From: an uncultured Bacteroidales bacterium
GTDB taxonomy: Bacteria > Bacteroidota > Bacteroidia > Bacteroidales > GCA-2748055
Length of the DNA stretch: 64,000 nucleotides
NCBI GenBank assembly: GCA_963809925.1
Contig: CAWELH010000004.1
Coordinates: 64,715 to 128,714, forward strand
Direction: 5' to 3'
This document shows positions 1 to 9,830 of this stretch, in pieces (the first letter of the stretch is position 1; each line of letters begins with the position of its first letter). A program made the position numbers and the translations under genes. The notes under the pieces are model-generated. The model ran no database searches, had not been told where the DNA came from, and was given only the letters and a program-made list of their open reading frames with translations.

Positions 1-2
1 GC

Positions 3-1037
3 ATTACTCATTTTCAGATTGATGACGGATGGCAAACCGGTTTCTCAACCAATTCAGCTAATCCGGGCGGTAACCTTTGGGACAGATGGACTGTAAAAGA
101 TTGGCAGCCAGCTTCCGAAAAGTTTCCTGACGGCTTCGCTGTGGTGGTAAACTATGCGAGGGCACATCATGTCGAGCTGGGACTGTGGTTTCACCCGAGC
201 AACGCAAATAGCTATGAGAACTGGAAACAGGATGCCACGATCATTGCGGGATTATACCGTGATTATGGTATCAAGTATTTTAAGATCGACGGTATCAACC
301 TCCCGGATAAAGCGTCAGAAATCAATCTCAGGAAGTTTTTTGATTATGCACTGGTGCTCACCGGTAATGAAGTCGTATTTAATGTAGATGCCACAGCCAA
401 CAGTCGCGGGGGGTATCATTTTCTGAACAAATACGGGAATATATTTCTTGAGAACAGGTATACCGACTGGGGAAAATACTATCCTCACTGGACTCTCCGG
501 AATCTTTGGCAGCTTTCCGCCTTTGTGCCTCCCGAACTATTGCAGATTGAATTTCTGAATAAATGGAGAAACGCGGATAAGTATCCTGCCGGTGACTCAC
601 TGGCCCCGGTGTTTATCCCTGTAGAGTACGAGTTTGCCACCACCATGGCCGGTCAGCCGTTGGCCTGGTTTGAGGGATCAAACCTTCCTTCCGCTGCGGA
701 GAAACTAATACCGGTTATCAAAGCCTATAAAACTGTATGGAACGATTTTCACGCAGGAACCATCCTTCCGATCGGTAGCATGCCAGACGGACACAGTTGG
801 ACAGGTTTTCAGTCAATTGGCGCAGGTCACGGGTATTTCCTTATATACCGGGAGAAGAACGGGGAGGGCCGCCATACATTTCAAACCTATCTCAAGCCAG
901 ACCAGAAAATATCTCTTGTGAAAATATGTGGTTCCGGAATGGATATGGAGGCAGACATCGAATCCGGGAGAGATCTCTTCTTCTCCCTGCCTACAGAATT
1001 TTCGTTTGCACTTTACCGGTACGACATCGTAAAATGA
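3..1037 (+). CDS. Clan GH-D (GH27/GH36-like) alpha-galactosidase-like glycoside hydrolase, 5' end outside window
   Basis: The frame is open from the window edge (ITHFQIDDGWQTGF...) to TGA at 1035-1037. The FQIDDGWQ and YFKIDG motifs are typical of melibiase-type (beta/alpha)8 catalytic domains. Confidence 0.6.
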   Translation: MTHFQIDDGWQTGFSTNSANPGGNLWDRWTVKDWQPASEKFPDGFAVVVNYARAHHVELGLWFHPSNANSYENWKQDATIIAGLYRDYGIKYFKIDGINLPDKASEINLRKFFDYALVLTGNEVVFNVDATANSRGGYHFLNKYGNIFLENRYTDWGKYYPHWTLRNLWQLSAFVPPELLQIEFLNKWRNADKYPAGDSLAPVFIPVEYEFATTMAGQPLAWFEGSNLPSAAEKLIPVIKAYKTVWNDFHAGTILPIGSMPDGHSWTGFQSIGAGHGYFLIYREKNGEGRHTFQTYLKPDQKISLVKICGSGMDMEADIESGRDLFFSLPTEFSFALYRYDIVK

Positions 1038-1205
1038 GTTCTATCGCTCTCTGCCACCTACGACGGCATCCTTACTACGAATCTCGCTACCTCTCTGCCC
1101 CTCCGCCTCCGCTACCCCTGGCCCCTGAAAGGGGAATTCCCTCGCACGACCCGTTCCTAAAAACCAACAGTTACCAGAATATTCTCATATTGCCAAACTC
1201 CATCC

Positions 1206-1240
1206 ATTCGAAATTCGACATTCGATATTCGATATTCATT
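1206..1240. repeat. Heptamer microsatellite (ATTCGAA/ATTCGAC/ATTCGAT), 5 heptads, in repeat copy 1
   Basis: Read directly: attcgaa attcgac attcgat attcgat attcatt. Confidence 0.85.
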
Positions 1241-1546
1241 TAACCCTGCGAAACCATGGATATTTATGAGAATCTCTATGTGCTTATTGTTGGCCTTTCA
1301 ATCACATCCAACCACGGGCAAAACCGTAGCTATTGTTGGGCTACCGCTCTGCGGTTCTGTGAATAGACCGGCTTTGCATTTTCTATCGCTCTCAGCCACC
1401 TATGGAGGCATGTTTATTACGAACCTCGCTATCCTCGCTACTCTCCGCTCCCTCTACCCCTGGCCCCTGAGAGGGGAAAGCCCTCGCACGACCCGTTCCT
1501 AAAAACCAACAGTTACCAGAATATTCTCATATTGCCAAACTCCTCC

Positions 1547-1588
1547 ATTCGAAATTCGAAATTCGAAATTCGATATTCGATATTCATT
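1547..1588. repeat. Heptamer microsatellite, 6 heptads, in repeat copy 2
   Basis: Read directly: attcgaa x3, attcgat x2, attcatt. Confidence 0.85.
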
Positions 1589-1894
1589 TAACCCTGCGAA
1601 ACCATGGATATTTATGAGAATCTCTATGTGCTTATTGTTGGCCTTCCAATCACATCCAACCACGGGCAAAACCGTGGCTATTGTTGGGCTACCGCTCTGC
1701 GGTTCTGCGAATAGACCGGCTTTGCATTTTCTATCGCTCTCAGCCACCTATGGAGGCATGTTTATTACGAACCTCGCTATCCTCGCTACTCTCCGCCTCC
1801 GCTACCCCTGGCCCCTGAGAGGGGAAAGCCCTCGCACGACCCGTTCCTAAAAACCAACCGTTACCAGAATGTTCTCATATTGCCAAACTCCTCC

Positions 1895-1936
1895 ATTCGA
1901 AATTCGAAATTCGAAATTCGATATTCGATATTCATT
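1895..1936. repeat. Heptamer microsatellite, 6 heptads, in repeat copy 3
   Basis: Read directly: attcgaa x3, attcgat x2, attcatt. Confidence 0.85.
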
Positions 1937-2130
1937 TAACCCTGCGAAACCATGGATATTTATGAGAATCTCTATGTGTTTATTGTTGGCCTTCCAATCA
2001 CAACCAATCACAACCAACCACGGGCAAAACCGTGGCTATTATTGGGCTACCGCTCCGCGGTTCTGCGAATATACCTGCCTGAGCATACCCCTCCTCTGCC
2101 TCTCGATTCTTCCCGTCCTACCTTTCTCTT

Positions 2131-2170
2131 CATCACTTCATCACTCCATCACTTCATCACTCCATTACTC
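2131..2170. repeat. Five tandem octamers CATCACT[T/C] spanning the helicase stop codon
   Basis: Read directly: catcactt catcactc catcactt catcactc cattactc. It sits in a G-poor stretch (about 3 G in ~84 nt, 2089-2172). Confidence 0.8.
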
Positions 2171-4638
2171 CCCAAAAACGCCTTCACCATCTTTAACTGT
2201 CCGTAAGTGAACTTGTTTGCCAGCGCTTCCATGGCCTCGTTGAGTCCTGCGTTGCTATGTTTGCTGTAGTATGCCGAAATCGCCCCGATGGCGTCGTCAT
2301 CCATCAAATCGTGGACATCAAGTTCTCCGATACTGATGAACCATGTCAGGTGACTCTCCACGGTTGATGGCATGATCTGCCGTTTGGCGGCGATCTCGTC
2401 GATGGTCTTTCCTTCCCGGAACATCTTGAAACTTACGCCGTATGTATTCGCTTCACGTGTAGCTTTTTTCTCTGCGTCATATTCTTGCATAATATCTTTA
2501 CGTTCATCGATCCTGATCTTCTCGCGTTCCACAAACTCATGCACGATCTCAAGGATTTCTGCCCCGTAGTTTACCAGTTTCGCTTCACCAAAACCTTTGA
2601 TCAACATCAGTTCTTTCTCAGTCACCGGTAGAAAACGGGCAATTTCGAAAAGGGTCTTCTGATGGATGATCATATAGATCGGCAGGTCCAGTTCCTCGGC
2701 TTTGTCCTTACGCCAGGCTTTGAGATGTCCTAACAAACCGATGGGTCCCGACTTTCCTTTCGCTGCATGTCGGCGTATGGAGGGTTGCTTCATGGGTGGG
2801 ACTGAGATCGCAGATTTAGCCCTGGTGCTAAGAAAATCCTGTATCGTAAAACCATTCCTCGAAACCTCAAGACATGATCTTTTGATGTGATTTTCCTCCC
2901 ACAATTTTCCCATAACATCCTTGAAGGCCTTAGCCACGGATTTGTTATCGGTATCGATTTCAATGGCCGGCAACGGCTTTTCAATGGTCTCTTTCAGTTT
3001 TTCAGAAAAATATTCCGCAGCTTTTTTCATCCTGTCTCTGAAAGTCTCATCCATACCGTTTCTGAATGCCTGTTCAAGCTGGGAATTAAACTTTGCAGCA
3101 ACATCATTGATGCCCGTGATAAATGCATTTTGCATAGTTGAGAACTCCCCCTGAAAATTACCAACAGTGATTTCCCGGTATTCCCTGGTTGTTTTTAAAC
3201 AGGAATCCAGCCTGAACAGCAAAGATGAAAAATCAAACAGGTCTCTGATAAGATTTTGTTCGTAGATCATCATTTCCGTGTCAAGGAGTGTATCGTCGGG
3301 TGGGTGGTGTCGCAGGTCATCCGTGAAATTTTCCACCCTCCGGTCGGAGTTCAGGCTGTGGTAGTTCACCGGACTGCTTAGGATCAGGCCTTCGAGCGAG
3401 CGGCAGCGGCTCAGTGCAACGTATACCTGGCCATGAGCAAAGGCCAGTTGTGAGTCGATGACAGCTTTGTCGAAGGTAAGGCCCTGACTTTTATGAATAG
3501 TAATTGCCCAGGCCAGTTTCAGCGGGTATTGTTCAAAAACGCCCACGATGTTTTCACTGATCTCCTTGCTTTCCGGGTCGATGGTATATTTGGAATTTTC
3601 CCATTCCAGCGGCCGAACCTCAATGGCCGAATCGTCGCCGGGGCAAAGGACATAAATAATATCGTCGTCGATATCGATGATCTTTCCGATCTTGCCGTTA
3701 TAAAATTCTTTTGCGGGATTCGGATCATTCTTGACGAACATCACCTGGGCCCCGGTTTTTAACACCAGGTGCGGATCGGTGGGGTAGGAGTATTCAGGAA
3801 AATCGCCTTTTATCCTCGCGTCAAAATTATACTCATCCTCAGGCAGCTCATCCAGGCGCGAATCATTAATCCTCTGCGCCCTGGCGTTATGTGTCGTAAG
3901 GATGATATAGCCTTCATTCTCACCAGGACTGAAATCAGGAATATACCTCTTGTTCAGCTCGGCGATGGTTGTCGCATCGATGCGGTTATCGCGGATATTG
4001 TTGAGAATATTTATAAACGCGGTATCCTGCTGCCGGTAGATATGTTTTAGCTCCACACTTACATATTCGGTGGCACTGAGAGCTTTGCTACTAAAGAAAA
4101 AACCGCTGTCATAATGGTTTTTCAGGATTTCCCATTCATCCTCCTTGATAACAGGAGCCAGCTGCTGCAGATCACCGATCATTAATAGTTGGACCCCGCC
4201 GAACGGTTTGGAACGCCTCCTGAAACGCCGTAACACCTCATCGATCGCATCGAGCATATCAGCCCTGACCATGCTGATCTCGTCAATGATCAACAGATCC
4301 AGGCTTTTCATGATGCTGATCTTTTCTCTGCTGAATCGTTGATGGGAGGGCATACGTCCGTCGGCAGAGACAGTCATTCGCTGGAGTCCGGGGATATATG
4401 GTCCGAAAGGCAGCTGGAAAAAGGAATGGATGGTTACCCCGCCGGCATTGATAGCGGCAACGCCTGTCGGGGCTACAACCACCGACCGCTTTGAGGATAC
4501 GGATTTCAGGTGATGAAGAAACGTAGTTTTTCCTGTACCGGCCTTACCGGTGAGGAAGACATTTTTCCCCGTGAACTGTACGAAATTGAAAGCCAGATCC
4601 AGCTGTGGATTTTCAATGTTTTTCATGGGTTCGAACAA
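2149..4638 (-). CDS. RecD/Pif1-like superfamily-1 DNA helicase with C-terminal HRDC-like and helix-turn-helix region
   Basis: 829-aa ORF with Walker A GKAGTGKTT and Walker B LLIIDEISM, followed by a UvrD_C_2-like segment (ITIHKSQGLTF) and a long C-terminal extension. An alternative start is M5 at 4626. Confidence 0.8.
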   Translation of the reverse strand: MFEPMKNIENPQLDLAFNFVQFTGKNVFLTGKAGTGKTTFLHHLKSVSSKRSVVVAPTGVAAINAGGVTIHSFFQLPFGPYIPGLQRMTVSADGRMPSHQRFSREKISIMKSLDLLIIDEISMVRADMLDAIDEVLRRFRRRSKPFGGVQLLMIGDLQQLAPVIKEDEWEILKNHYDSGFFFSSKALSATEYVSVELKHIYRQQDTAFINILNNIRDNRIDATTIAELNKRYIPDFSPGENEGYIILTTHNARAQRINDSRLDELPEDEYNFDARIKGDFPEYSYPTDPHLVLKTGAQVMFVKNDPNPAKEFYNGKIGKIIDIDDDIIYVLCPGDDSAIEVRPLEWENSKYTIDPESKEISENIVGVFEQYPLKLAWAITIHKSQGLTFDKAVIDSQLAFAHGQVYVALSRCRSLEGLILSSPVNYHSLNSDRRVENFTDDLRHHPPDDTLLDTEMMIYEQNLIRDLFDFSSLLFRLDSCLKTTREYREITVGNFQGEFSTMQNAFITGINDVAAKFNSQLEQAFRNGMDETFRDRMKKAAEYFSEKLKETIEKPLPAIEIDTDNKSVAKAFKDVMGKLWEENHIKRSCLEVSRNGFTIQDFLSTRAKSAISVPPMKQPSIRRHAAKGKSGPIGLLGHLKAWRKDKAEELDLPIYMIIHQKTLFEIARFLPVTEKELMLIKGFGEAKLVNYGAEILEIVHEFVEREKIRIDERKDIMQEYDAEKKATREANTYGVSFKMFREGKTIDEIAAKRQIMPSTVESHLTWFISIGELDVHDLMDDDAIGAISAYYSKHSNAGLNEAMEALANKFTYGQLKMVKAFLGSNGVMK

Positions 4639-4863
4639 AATTTAAAACTACAAAAAAATATTGTCAGCATAGGCTCCTTCTCAATCATTATACTAATTCC
4701 TGGCGCATCTCCTGCCGGCCAGATTGCATCCTCATGTGCACAGAATGATTTTAAACCATAGCGCCTCTTTCCCTTAATGGCAAAAACGGAAAAAAATCGC
4801 AGGGCAAACGCTGATATTTTTTCTTTTTTTCCATTAAGAGGTAAAAACCAAAGCTTCAAACAC

Positions 4864-5559
4864 ATGAAAAAAGAAGACAGCAATAAAGATCTTTTTGAGA
4901 TCATTACCAGTTCGCATGTAGTACCGGGGATATACAATTATTGTGACCGTTGGTGCATCCTGTGCCATTCCAGAATGAAATGCGCCCTGTATGTTCAAAA
5001 TCGAATGATCCATGACTGTTACGATGAAGAAAATGAAGATGAGCCCATGTGTATCATGGAGGTGACCAGAGATTTTCTTCAGGAATTGGTTGAAGAAATT
5101 GGGATTGAATGGGAGGATGAAATGGAGGATGAGATGGAGGATGAACCGGATGAGGAGACAGATCCGTACTTCGATGATCTCAACCGGAAAGTAGCATCCT
5201 ATGCAGAAGCATCGTTATTTTGGGTTCAATATTGTGAAAACGTATTTGTTCCGGAGGAGGTTGAAGGGGCCATGTTTATTATCGGATATTATTCATGGGT
5301 TATCATGTTGAACATTCAAAAGGCAACTGTGCTGGGTGCCGGTGAGAATAATGCCAGGTCAAGTCAGAACGGATTCGTCAAGGTGGCGCTCGTATCCATG
5401 GAGAAATCCCAAAAAAGTCTTACAGTGTTGTATGAATACCTGCCCGACCATCAGGATGAGATCCTTAGCGTAATGAAGCAATTATCGGTTCTCATTAGGG
5501 AAGTAGAGCACTACTTCCCGCATGCCCGGACATTTGTACGGCCCGGCCTGGATGATTAG
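4864..5559 (+). CDS. Hypothetical protein with N-terminal CxxxCxxC(x6)C cysteine cluster and acidic EWEDEMEDEMEDEPDEE tract
   Basis: The ORF is open from 4777. The start at 4864 is preferred because 4766-4838 forms an A/T-rich imperfect inverted repeat. I recognise no family. Confidence 0.5.
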   Translation: MKKEDSNKDLFEIITSSHVVPGIYNYCDRWCILCHSRMKCALYVQNRMIHDCYDEENEDEPMCIMEVTRDFLQELVEEIGIEWEDEMEDEMEDEPDEETDPYFDDLNRKVASYAEASLFWVQYCENVFVPEEVEGAMFIIGYYSWVIMLNIQKATVLGAGENNARSSQNGFVKVALVSMEKSQKSLTVLYEYLPDHQDEILSVMKQLSVLIREVEHYFPHARTFVRPGLDD

Positions 5560-6071
5560 AAACAGCAGGAAGGGAGGGGTGACTGCCTGCTGTTGCGGTT
5601 AATGAACTGATGTTCGTTCTGGCCAACGATTTGTCATTCTCTGTTTATTAACATATGCAGGGGACGCTGAGATTTTGGTTTTTTGGCAATTAAGGGTGGT
5701 GGGAGGGGGGTGGGTACCCCTTTCCTACGAAGAACATTATTTAAAAGAAGCAGCCTGGCCTCCTTCAATAACCGCGCAGGTACTGAAAATTAGTTCGGAA
5801 GATACTGATGTGCCTCTGCCCCCGGGCACTCCACGATAATCAATACATTATGACCCCGGAGAAATCTTTTCCAACAGAGTCCTTTGGTATGGTATCCTTG
5901 TTTGGTTGCGTGGAGATCATCACTGGATCTTTTTGAGTGAGAGGACCAAGCTTAAATGGAATCATCCGTACTACAGGATAAAAGTTAAATGTATAGCGGT
6001 TTTTTTATACCTTGGTAACTCCTTTTTCTTACTGAGGTTTGAATACGTAAGCAGAACTGTTTCCTTCGTAT

Positions 6072-6959
6072 ATGAGTATACCTGTTATCGATATTACCGA
6101 CTTGTCAAAATATTACGGTAGGGCAAGGGGGATTGAACACGTCAATCTTCAGGTCGGGGACGGGGAGATATTCGGATTCATCGGGCCGAACGGAGCAGGA
6201 AAATCCACGACCATCAGGATCCTCCTGAACCTGATCTTTCCCAGTAGCGGTCGTGCAAGCATTCTGGGATTGGATACGATCGGTGAAACAAAAGCGATCA
6301 AACGCCTGACCGGATATATTCCTTCGGATGCCAGCGCCTATCCATATATGGATGTGGGCGAATTTCTCGCTTTCTGTATTCGTTTTCACAAAATTGACAA
6401 CGGACAACAACGTATTGCGGAACTCTCGGAAAGGTTTGACCTGGACCCGAAACGGAAGATCGCCGATCTTTCCATGGGCAACAAAAAGAAAGTCTTCATC
6501 ATTCAGAGTCTGTTGCATAGCCCACGGCTTTTGATCCTGGATGAACCTACCATGGGACTTGACCCGCTGATCCAGTCCCGGTTTTTTGAGTTACTGCGCG
6601 AGGAAAACAAAAGAGGCATGACCATTTTTTACTCCTCACATATCTTAAGTGAAGTTCAGATGCTGTGCAAACGAGTGGCGATTATTAAGGAAGGCAGGAT
6701 CATCACCATCGAAGACATAGAAACACTGAGGAAAAAGCAATTAAAAAAAATTCATATTGAATTTGGTGATGGCCTGGAAGAAAAGAGCTTCAATGTCAGG
6801 GGCCTGGAGAAGACCATTTCAAAATTTGGAAATACACTGACTTTCCTGTTCTCAGGAAAGCTGGATGACCTCATTGGATCACTGTCGGAACGAAGGATTG
6901 CAAACATGACCATTGAGGAACCATCGCTCGAAGAAATATTTATGCATTATTACTCATAG
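6072..6959 (+). CDS. ABC transporter ATP-binding protein (ABC-2 type exporter)
   Basis: Walker A GPNGAGKST, signature LSMGNKKK, Walker B LLILDEPT. Confidence 0.9.
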   Translation: MSIPVIDITDLSKYYGRARGIEHVNLQVGDGEIFGFIGPNGAGKSTTIRILLNLIFPSSGRASILGLDTIGETKAIKRLTGYIPSDASAYPYMDVGEFLAFCIRFHKIDNGQQRIAELSERFDLDPKRKIADLSMGNKKKVFIIQSLLHSPRLLILDEPTMGLDPLIQSRFFELLREENKRGMTIFYSSHILSEVQMLCKRVAIIKEGRIITIEDIETLRKKQLKKIHIEFGDGLEEKSFNVRGLEKTISKFGNTLTFLFSGKLDDLIGSLSERRIANMTIEEPSLEEIFMHYYS

Positions 6960-6973
6960 TATGTGTTAAACCG

Positions 6974-7783
6974 ATGAGCTGGAATCTGTTCATAAAGGAA
7001 ATGAGAAGGGATATTTCCGGTTTTTTACTCTGGACCCTGTTGATCACTGTATTAATTACAGTGACCATGTCGGTGTACAATACATTTTTGGAAAACCAGT
7101 CCAAAATTTTGGGTGTGATGAGTCTGGTTCCAAAAGGTGCACTTGCATTCAAGGGCATATCCAATATCAGCGATCTTTTTTCAGTCCTGGGGTTTTACGC
7201 GGTGAACAACATCATCTATATGATGGTTCTCGGCAGCATCTTTGCTATCGTGCTTTCTTCAAATATTCTACTGAAAGAAGAATATAACGGAACAGCCGAA
7301 TTCCTGATAAGCCAGCCACTTACCCGTACAGAGATATTTTTCAGCAAGCTGGCGGTTCTGTTCCTGTATGTGTTTTTACTGAACCTGATTACTGCCGCCG
7401 CTGGATTTACAGCTATCGAAATAGTCCGGCATGCCCCCTTCAGTATCAGGGCATTCCTGCTATTGTCTTTGTATACCTTTTTACTCAACTTCTTATTCGG
7501 TGCTATTGGTTTGTTTATCTCGACCCTTGTAAGACGGCCAAAACCTATTACCACATTTAGCATCGGGCTGGTCATGTTTTTCTACTTTATCTTCACGCTT
7601 TCAAAGATCACCGAAGGCGCAAAGAAGATCGGATACATCAGTCCTTTTAGATATGTGGACACCAACGTTGCGGATCCGGCCTATAAAATGAATTTCTGGT
7701 ATGTGTTGTATTTTGCTGGAATATCACTTCTGCTCATCGCGCTGGCTCACCGGTTGTATAAAAGGAAAGATATTTATTTGTGA
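6974..7783 (+). CDS. ABC-2 family transporter permease
   Basis: 269-aa polytopic membrane ORF 15 nt after the ATPase gene. Confidence 0.75.
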   Translation: MSWNLFIKEMRRDISGFLLWTLLITVLITVTMSVYNTFLENQSKILGVMSLVPKGALAFKGISNISDLFSVLGFYAVNNIIYMMVLGSIFAIVLSSNILLKEEYNGTAEFLISQPLTRTEIFFSKLAVLFLYVFLLNLITAAAGFTAIEIVRHAPFSIRAFLLLSLYTFLLNFLFGAIGLFISTLVRRPKPITTFSIGLVMFFYFIFTLSKITEGAKKIGYISPFRYVDTNVADPAYKMNFWYVLYFAGISLLLIALAHRLYKRKDIYL

Positions 7784-8075
7784 GGAAGATTCGGTTTTGG
7801 AACGCTGATGGGCTCTTTTTCGGAAGACTTTCCGTATTTTCTATGTTTAGTTTCATTTCAGTACCGGTAATCCCGAACATGTATTTTTTAAGCAGAAACA
7901 TTAAGAGATGAAATTATTCGCTTCACTCATGAACTCGGAGGGGAAGTCTTTCAACCCCAATGACTTCCGGACGCTGTATACTCCGGGTTACCAGGGAGAG
8001 ATTCCAAAGGAGGTAACAGAGTGAGAGGCTTTGAAGACGATGATCTGTTTTAACGGGTAGCAGTTCGGAGAAGGA

Positions 8076-9656
8076 TCACTTTGCAGTTCCGCCAACCTGC
8101 ATCATCCTGCTGCCTCCATCCCAAATCACCTTGAGATTGAGCGAAACGTTCGATTGAACCCTGATCACAGGCTCTTCGTTACGACTTTTTCTTTTCCGGC
8201 ATTGTAAGCTGACCCACCCGTTTTTACCGTATGGGTACTTTTTCACACCGAATTCATCCGTCAGGCGGATGTCCCACACCAGGATATCTTTCGGGACGTC
8301 GGCCCTGATTCCGAATACATATTCGAGTAGTATAGCAGTTCCCGTGAGTCCGCCTTCACCCACAAAGTCTACTTTTCCGCTTCCCTTGCTGAATTCCGGT
8401 GCGTAGTTTTCCCAAATCACCCCTGTATGGTTGAAGATCCGGACTACATTGTCCACATGGTTCATGGCAATCTCATACGCCAGCGAATCGGCTCCCGCAG
8501 TGGTAAGTCCGCGCAGGACCATATAATCTGACATGGCCCAGACAGCTCCCCGCCAGTATCCGCCTTGCGGATCATAATCAGGGTTATCAGCGGAGAGGGT
8601 AGGAATACGATGCGGCCTGGCGAATTCCGTAGAATCGGATAAATGCGCTATGAAACGGGCTTTTCTTTCTTCTGGTACAATACCTGCCAGCAGGGCCCAA
8701 TAGGTGCCGATTGATTTCACACCGGAAAGACTTCCGTCACGGTACCGGTCGACATACAAACCTTTTTCATCGTTCCACATTTTTGTATTGACATATTCCG
8801 TTAAAGTGGAAATTTCATTCATGATCTTTGTAACATCAGCGGTACGACCAAGCACTTCGGCCATTTTCACAATCTGCTTGCCTGCAGCGATCTGTTGCAG
8901 TGTGGCATCCACCCACGACATATGGCCATGGCTGAAAGCCGGATTGAAGCCTTTGGGCAGGCGGGGCTGATTATCCATTCCGCAGCCCCAGCCTGAGGAG
9001 AAGTAACTGCCGTCAGGCCAGGTCCTGTAAGCGGAATACCATTGATAATTGGCAAGCAAAACAGGAAAAACGCTTCCCAGGCGTTCACGGTCGCCCGTAT
9101 TACAGAAATATTCCCACTCGGCCCAGGGGAAAAGATTAATGCCGGCGGAGGAGGGATCGAACCTTTCGAAGGCATCGCTGCCCGTTGTTCCCCATATTTC
9201 GCGGCAGATGAAACCGTCCTTATGCTGTTTCGCATAAAAATTATCCAGTGCATTCTGAAATTGAAAAGCACGGAAGGCATACCGGCAATAAAGTGCCATA
9301 AAACCAAAATCCTCAGTGAAAATATTGCCGTTGAATGCCGGATCAGTATAGGGAGTGATAAATCCATTCTCTTTGCCGGGCCTGTGCAGATTGGCAAACG
9401 CGAGTTCCCAGGTTCTCCAGTAAAGACTGATGATGTCGGGGCGCGCAGGCCAGGAAATTTCAGGGAGGCTGTCCTTTAGGTCGCTGAATGCAGGAAGGGC
9501 GGATGTATCAGCGGGATACTGCCTGAAAACATTTTCGTCCGCATACCGGTTGGGCACCTCGGTGTTGAAAAAGGGCTGGCCTTTAAGAACGTGGGCGAAA
9601 AATAGCAAGGCCGGGATGAAGATAATCCGTGCTGAAATTTTAAAGGTCATGGGCAT
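8076..9656 (-). CDS. (alpha/alpha)6 six-hairpin glycoside hydrolase (GH63/GH37 trehalase-like, MGH1-like)
   Basis: 526-aa ORF with a signal peptide. GWGCGMDNQPR, GGYWRGAVWAM and IWENYAPE resemble GH63/trehalase-like catalytic motifs. Confidence 0.7.
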   Translation of the reverse strand: MPMTFKISARIIFIPALLFFAHVLKGQPFFNTEVPNRYADENVFRQYPADTSALPAFSDLKDSLPEISWPARPDIISLYWRTWELAFANLHRPGKENGFITPYTDPAFNGNIFTEDFGFMALYCRYAFRAFQFQNALDNFYAKQHKDGFICREIWGTTGSDAFERFDPSSAGINLFPWAEWEYFCNTGDRERLGSVFPVLLANYQWYSAYRTWPDGSYFSSGWGCGMDNQPRLPKGFNPAFSHGHMSWVDATLQQIAAGKQIVKMAEVLGRTADVTKIMNEISTLTEYVNTKMWNDEKGLYVDRYRDGSLSGVKSIGTYWALLAGIVPEERKARFIAHLSDSTEFARPHRIPTLSADNPDYDPQGGYWRGAVWAMSDYMVLRGLTTAGADSLAYEIAMNHVDNVVRIFNHTGVIWENYAPEFSKGSGKVDFVGEGGLTGTAILLEYVFGIRADVPKDILVWDIRLTDEFGVKKYPYGKNGWVSLQCRKRKSRNEEPVIRVQSNVSLNLKVIWDGGSRMMQVGGTAK

Positions 9657-9830
9657 GATTGGAATCTATAAGTCAGTAATTACAATGATAATGAATTTTT
9701 CAGAGACAGTAATTGTTAAAGGCCGCGAACTGAATAAAATAGGATGGGAATTGGGGTTATTTTCAGCAATACGAAGCAGCAAACCCTTTTTGTCGGCTGC
9801 AGGCCTGGGGAAGGCATAGGATTGCGGATG

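Larger units (their letters stand above)
1039..2070. repeat. Three tandem copies of a ~342-348 bp non-coding unit
   Basis: The unit start TTCTATCGCTCTC[T/A]GCCACC recurs at 1039, 1381 and 1729. Copies 2 and 3 are near identical. Every frame is closed by stops within each unit. Confidence 0.9.

Noticed and set aside
1039-2070. CRISPR array interpretation of the tandem repeats (and of 9831-10281).
   Set aside because: The periods are ~345 and ~160 nt with no alternation of short conserved repeats and unique spacers. No cas genes are in the window.
1266-2210. Repeated 78-aa ORFs (MRISMCLLLAFQS...) and the antisense ORF 1499-1747 as protein-coding genes.
   Set aside because: They are the tandem repeat read in one frame, and each is closed by a stop inside the unit. 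Their composition is low-complexity, and there is no start context or family resemblance.
5906-6121. 71-aa + strand ORF overlapping the start of the ABC ATPase gene.
   Set aside because: It overlaps a well-supported CDS in another frame and has odd composition. It is most likely spurious.
7909-8025. 38-aa ORF (MKLFASLMNSEGKSFNPNDFRTLYTPGYQGEIPKEVTE) in the gap after the ABC-2 permease.
   Set aside because: It is too short, with no recognisable family or signals. It could be a gene remnant, but nothing supports it.
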